Below are positions 21,985 through 24,000 of a stretch of 24,000 bases of DNA, piece after piece. The translations under genes and the position numbers were made by a program. Source of the DNA: Bifidobacterium aquikefiricola (GTDB taxonomy: Bacteria > Actinomycetota > Actinomycetes > Actinomycetales > Bifidobacteriaceae). The notes under the pieces were generated by a model. That model was not told where the DNA came from. It made no database searches and saw only the letters and a list, made by a program, of their open reading frames with translations. Every line of letters begins with the position of its first letter. The first letter of the stretch is position 1. The stretch lies in the NCBI RefSeq assembly GCF_041080795.1, contig NZ_CP129674.1, positions 2,268,629 through 2,292,628 on the forward strand, given 5' to 3'.

Positions 21985-24000
21985 GCCAATGACCCGTTGC
22001 GCTTACCCATCCACCACAGCACGCCCGCACCCGCAGCACCGCTGAGCAGCAGTAGCCCGAGTATCGTCAGCAGCAGTGGCACAGGATTGCCTTCTGTCAG
22101 TGCAGCCAAAGGACCGGCACCTTTTGCCCGAGGACCTTGTGCTGCATCAACGCGCTCGTCGGCCTGCTCGGTGTCATCGGCTTCGCCAGCAAGTGCGGAA
22201 GCCTGATCTGCCGCCTTTAATGCCGCTTCTTCTGCGAGTTTCTTGGCCCTTGCAGTACCGGCATCATCGGCGGTGAACACGAGTCGAGCTTGCGATGCTG
22301 TGTTGCAATCCGTCGTGGAGCTCATGGCCGATGCGGGGTCAACCGCACCCACCACAATCGTGAGGGTTTCAGTATCCGAAGATGTCTGACCGTTAGCAAG
22401 CGTGGCGGTCTGCGTCATCGAAATCCGGTATATGCCTTCCCTGCTGAACGCCCAGTTCGCATGTGCGTGAACGCCAAGAGGAATCCTGTAGCTGCCTGCG
22501 CCGTTGAATACCATCTGCTGCACTCCGCCGAACGCGCCAGCCAAATACACCTTCATTGACCCTGGACCATTCACCGAGTTGATGGTCCACGTAACCGGCC
22601 CGCGAGCGTTACCAGCATTCAGCGATTCCGTATTCCATCCCAGCCAAATAAGATTCGCTTGCTGCGTCTGCGGAATCTGCCACACACGCGAACCTGCCGC
22701 ACCAATCTGCCCATAACCATTCGGCAATGTCACGACACTGGAGGGCTTCAGCCACAGAATCGTCCCCGCTGGCTCACGGTAAACCTTGGTTCCTGATGTG
22801 TCATCACCAATCAACGATTGCAAACTGCCATTGACGATGCGTGACGAGTAATCCACATGCCCAGAAGACAGCACCGTTGCGCCAACCACACACTGGCGTG
22901 CCGCCAACGTTGTGACAGGAGGAGTATTGTCACCAGACGTTAGCTGATCCTTCGGAGCATTCGGCACCGATGGAGGCGTAACGACCTTGACCTCACTCCA
23001 CCCGATCAGGCTGCCGCCCTCGGATCTCACTTCAATGCGGTGCTCTCCCACAGGAGTATCTTTTGGCACTCGGAAACTCGCCACATGCTGAGCATCAACC
23101 GTCTGCTTGCCGAGGTTTGTAGGCGTTGAGTGCAGCCATCCGGTAACATCTTTGCCCGCATATCCTTGCGGCAACTGCACACGAAGTAGCTGGCCGGGAT
23201 AGAATCCCTGCGCGCCATCAAGCACACGCAGACCGCCTCTATTGGCATCCGTCAACTCCTCGGTTGGCGTGGTATCCCCATCCGGTGCAGGCTGTTCATC
23301 CTGTCCGGTGAAGCAGTTGGCCGGGTCGGCTTGCATCACGTCGGCATGACCCACGGCCACGGCCAACACAAACGGGCTGGTAACCCGAGCACCGGAAGCC
23401 AGGGTCGTGGCACGTTCAAACGCCAAGCAATACGAACCCTCAGCACTAAACGCCCACGAACCATGAGCATGCGTGTTCTTAGGAATCGTGAACCTATCAG
23501 CATCAGACACGCCATCACGCGTATTAAACAGCACCTCAGGCTGACCAAATATGCCAAGCTGGTACAGCGCGAACTCGCCCGGACCAGACACGTTTGTCAA
23601 ACGCCAATCCACGCCATTCGTCGCGTTCAAGGTAATCGACTCAGTTGACCAACCCGGCCACAACAACCCGGCCTGCTGGGTCTGCGTGACCTGATAGAAC
23701 TGCGAACCCGCATTACCAAGGAACGACCACTGGCTACCAGACGGCACCTGAGCCTGAGCGCCAGGCAACAACTGCAACACCGTCTTCGTAGGATCACGCC
23801 ATGTCTCAGAACCGCTGGTGGTGTCCTTCACCTGAGTCACCAGACGATTACCATCAAGCAGCGAAGCAATGTCAACATGCCCATCATTCAACACCGTCGC
23901 ACCAGCAGCATTCACCGTCCCGTTAGCAACATTCCACACAGGCTGCGGCACAGGAACACCGGAATCATCGTCACCGCCAGAGCCATCACCCGCATCACCC
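21966..24000 (-). CDS. ABC transporter-associated surface repeat protein (TIGR03773-like): two anchored-repeat domains flanking an Ig-like segment, with a C-terminal membrane anchor; 5' end beyond the right edge
   Basis: The reading frame stays open to the window edge (...GDAGDGSGGDDDSGVPVPQPVWN...). Domain copies lie at about 23349-23903 (GHVDIA, YQVTQTQ, LWPGWST, GPG, HAHGSWAF) and about 22347-22883 (GHVDYS, WQIPQTQ, IWLGWNTE, GPG, HAHANWAF). The tail reads PLAALTEGNPVPLLLTILGLLLLSGAAGAGVLWWMGKRNG, that is, hydrophobic plus basic with no canonical LPXTG. Confidence 0.85.
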   Translation of the reverse strand, partial: GDAGDGSGGDDDSGVPVPQPVWNVANGTVNAAGATVLNDGHVDIASLLDGNRLVTQVKDTTSGSETWRDPTKTVLQLLPGAQAQVPSGSQWSFLGNAGSQFYQVTQTQQAGLLWPGWSTESITLNATNGVDWRLTNVSGPGEFALYQLGIFGQPEVLFNTRDGVSDADRFTIPKNTHAHGSWAFSAEGSYCLAFERATTLASGARVTSPFVLAVAVGHADVMQADPANCFTGQDEQPAPDGDTTPTEELTDANRGGLRVLDGAQGFYPGQLLRVQLPQGYAGKDVTGWLHSTPTNLGKQTVDAQHVASFRVPKDTPVGEHRIEVRSEGGSLIGWSEVKVVTPPSVPNAPKDQLTSGDNTPPVTTLAARQCVVGATVLSSGHVDYSSRIVNGSLQSLIGDDTSGTKVYREPAGTILWLKPSSVVTLPNGYGQIGAAGSRVWQIPQTQQANLIWLGWNTESLNAGNARGPVTWTINSVNGPGSMKVYLAGAFGGVQQMVFNGAGSYRIPLGVHAHANWAFSREGIYRISMTQTATLANGQTSSDTETLTIVVGAVDPASAMSSTTDCNTASQARLVFTADDAGTARAKKLAEEAALKAADQASALAGEADDTEQADERVDAAQGPRAKGAGPLAALTEGNPVPLLLTILGLLLLSGAAGAGVLWWMGKRNGSLAWRTRP

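Noticed and set aside
22050-22110. Possible sortase signal (PLAALTEG) in the large surface protein tail
   Set aside because: The tail has the hydrophobic-plus-basic layout of a sorting signal, but ALTEG does not match LPXTG or LAXTG. It is treated as a C-terminal membrane anchor, and cell-wall linkage is not claimed.

Overview
High-GC actinobacterial chromosomal segment. It looks Bifidobacteriaceae-like from codon usage, an LAxTG sorting signal and several leaderless-looking starts, but the taxon is inference only. No rRNA, tRNA, CRISPR array, transposase or integrase was recognised. Left third (1-9.3 kb): small regulators and transporters, namely a partial NmrA-like gene divergent from HxlR, a MerR gene, DUF488, a TetR gene plus a small protein, a MerR-MFS operon and a SAM methyltransferase. 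This part also holds two decayed genes: an Asp/Glu-racemase-family pseudogene and an isochorismatase-family gene broken in an A8 tract. It also encodes a large sortase-anchored surface protein made of seven 52-aa RCC1-type repeats. Middle (9.3-14.1 kb): an accessory islet. It contains a truncated toxin with an intact RHH antitoxin and a maltose O-acetyltransferase. It also contains a complete AbiEii/AbiEi module bracketed by 38-bp imperfect direct repeats, with a perfect 15-bp inverted repeat abutting the AbiEi start codon. The islet ends with a YjdF/DUF2992 gene that has a structured leader, and a second toxin-first TA pair. Right part (14.2-24 kb): a DHA2 MFS exporter with a divergent TetR, then a six-gene minus-strand operon joined by overlapping stop/start codons. 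That operon encodes the actinobacterial 'anchored-repeat' ABC transporter set: a two-domain surface protein, a ZnuA/TroA-like lipoprotein SBP carrying an inserted repeat domain, a one-domain membrane-anchored protein, an ATPase and a permease. A membrane-anchored lytic transglycosylase follows as the last gene. This operon is the best candidate for an uncharacterised system. Four copies of a roughly 180-aa His-motif domain are spread over three proteins, and the SBP copy is circularly permuted and sits where ZnuA proteins carry their His-rich loop. All family assignments come from reading motifs by eye; no database search was possible.
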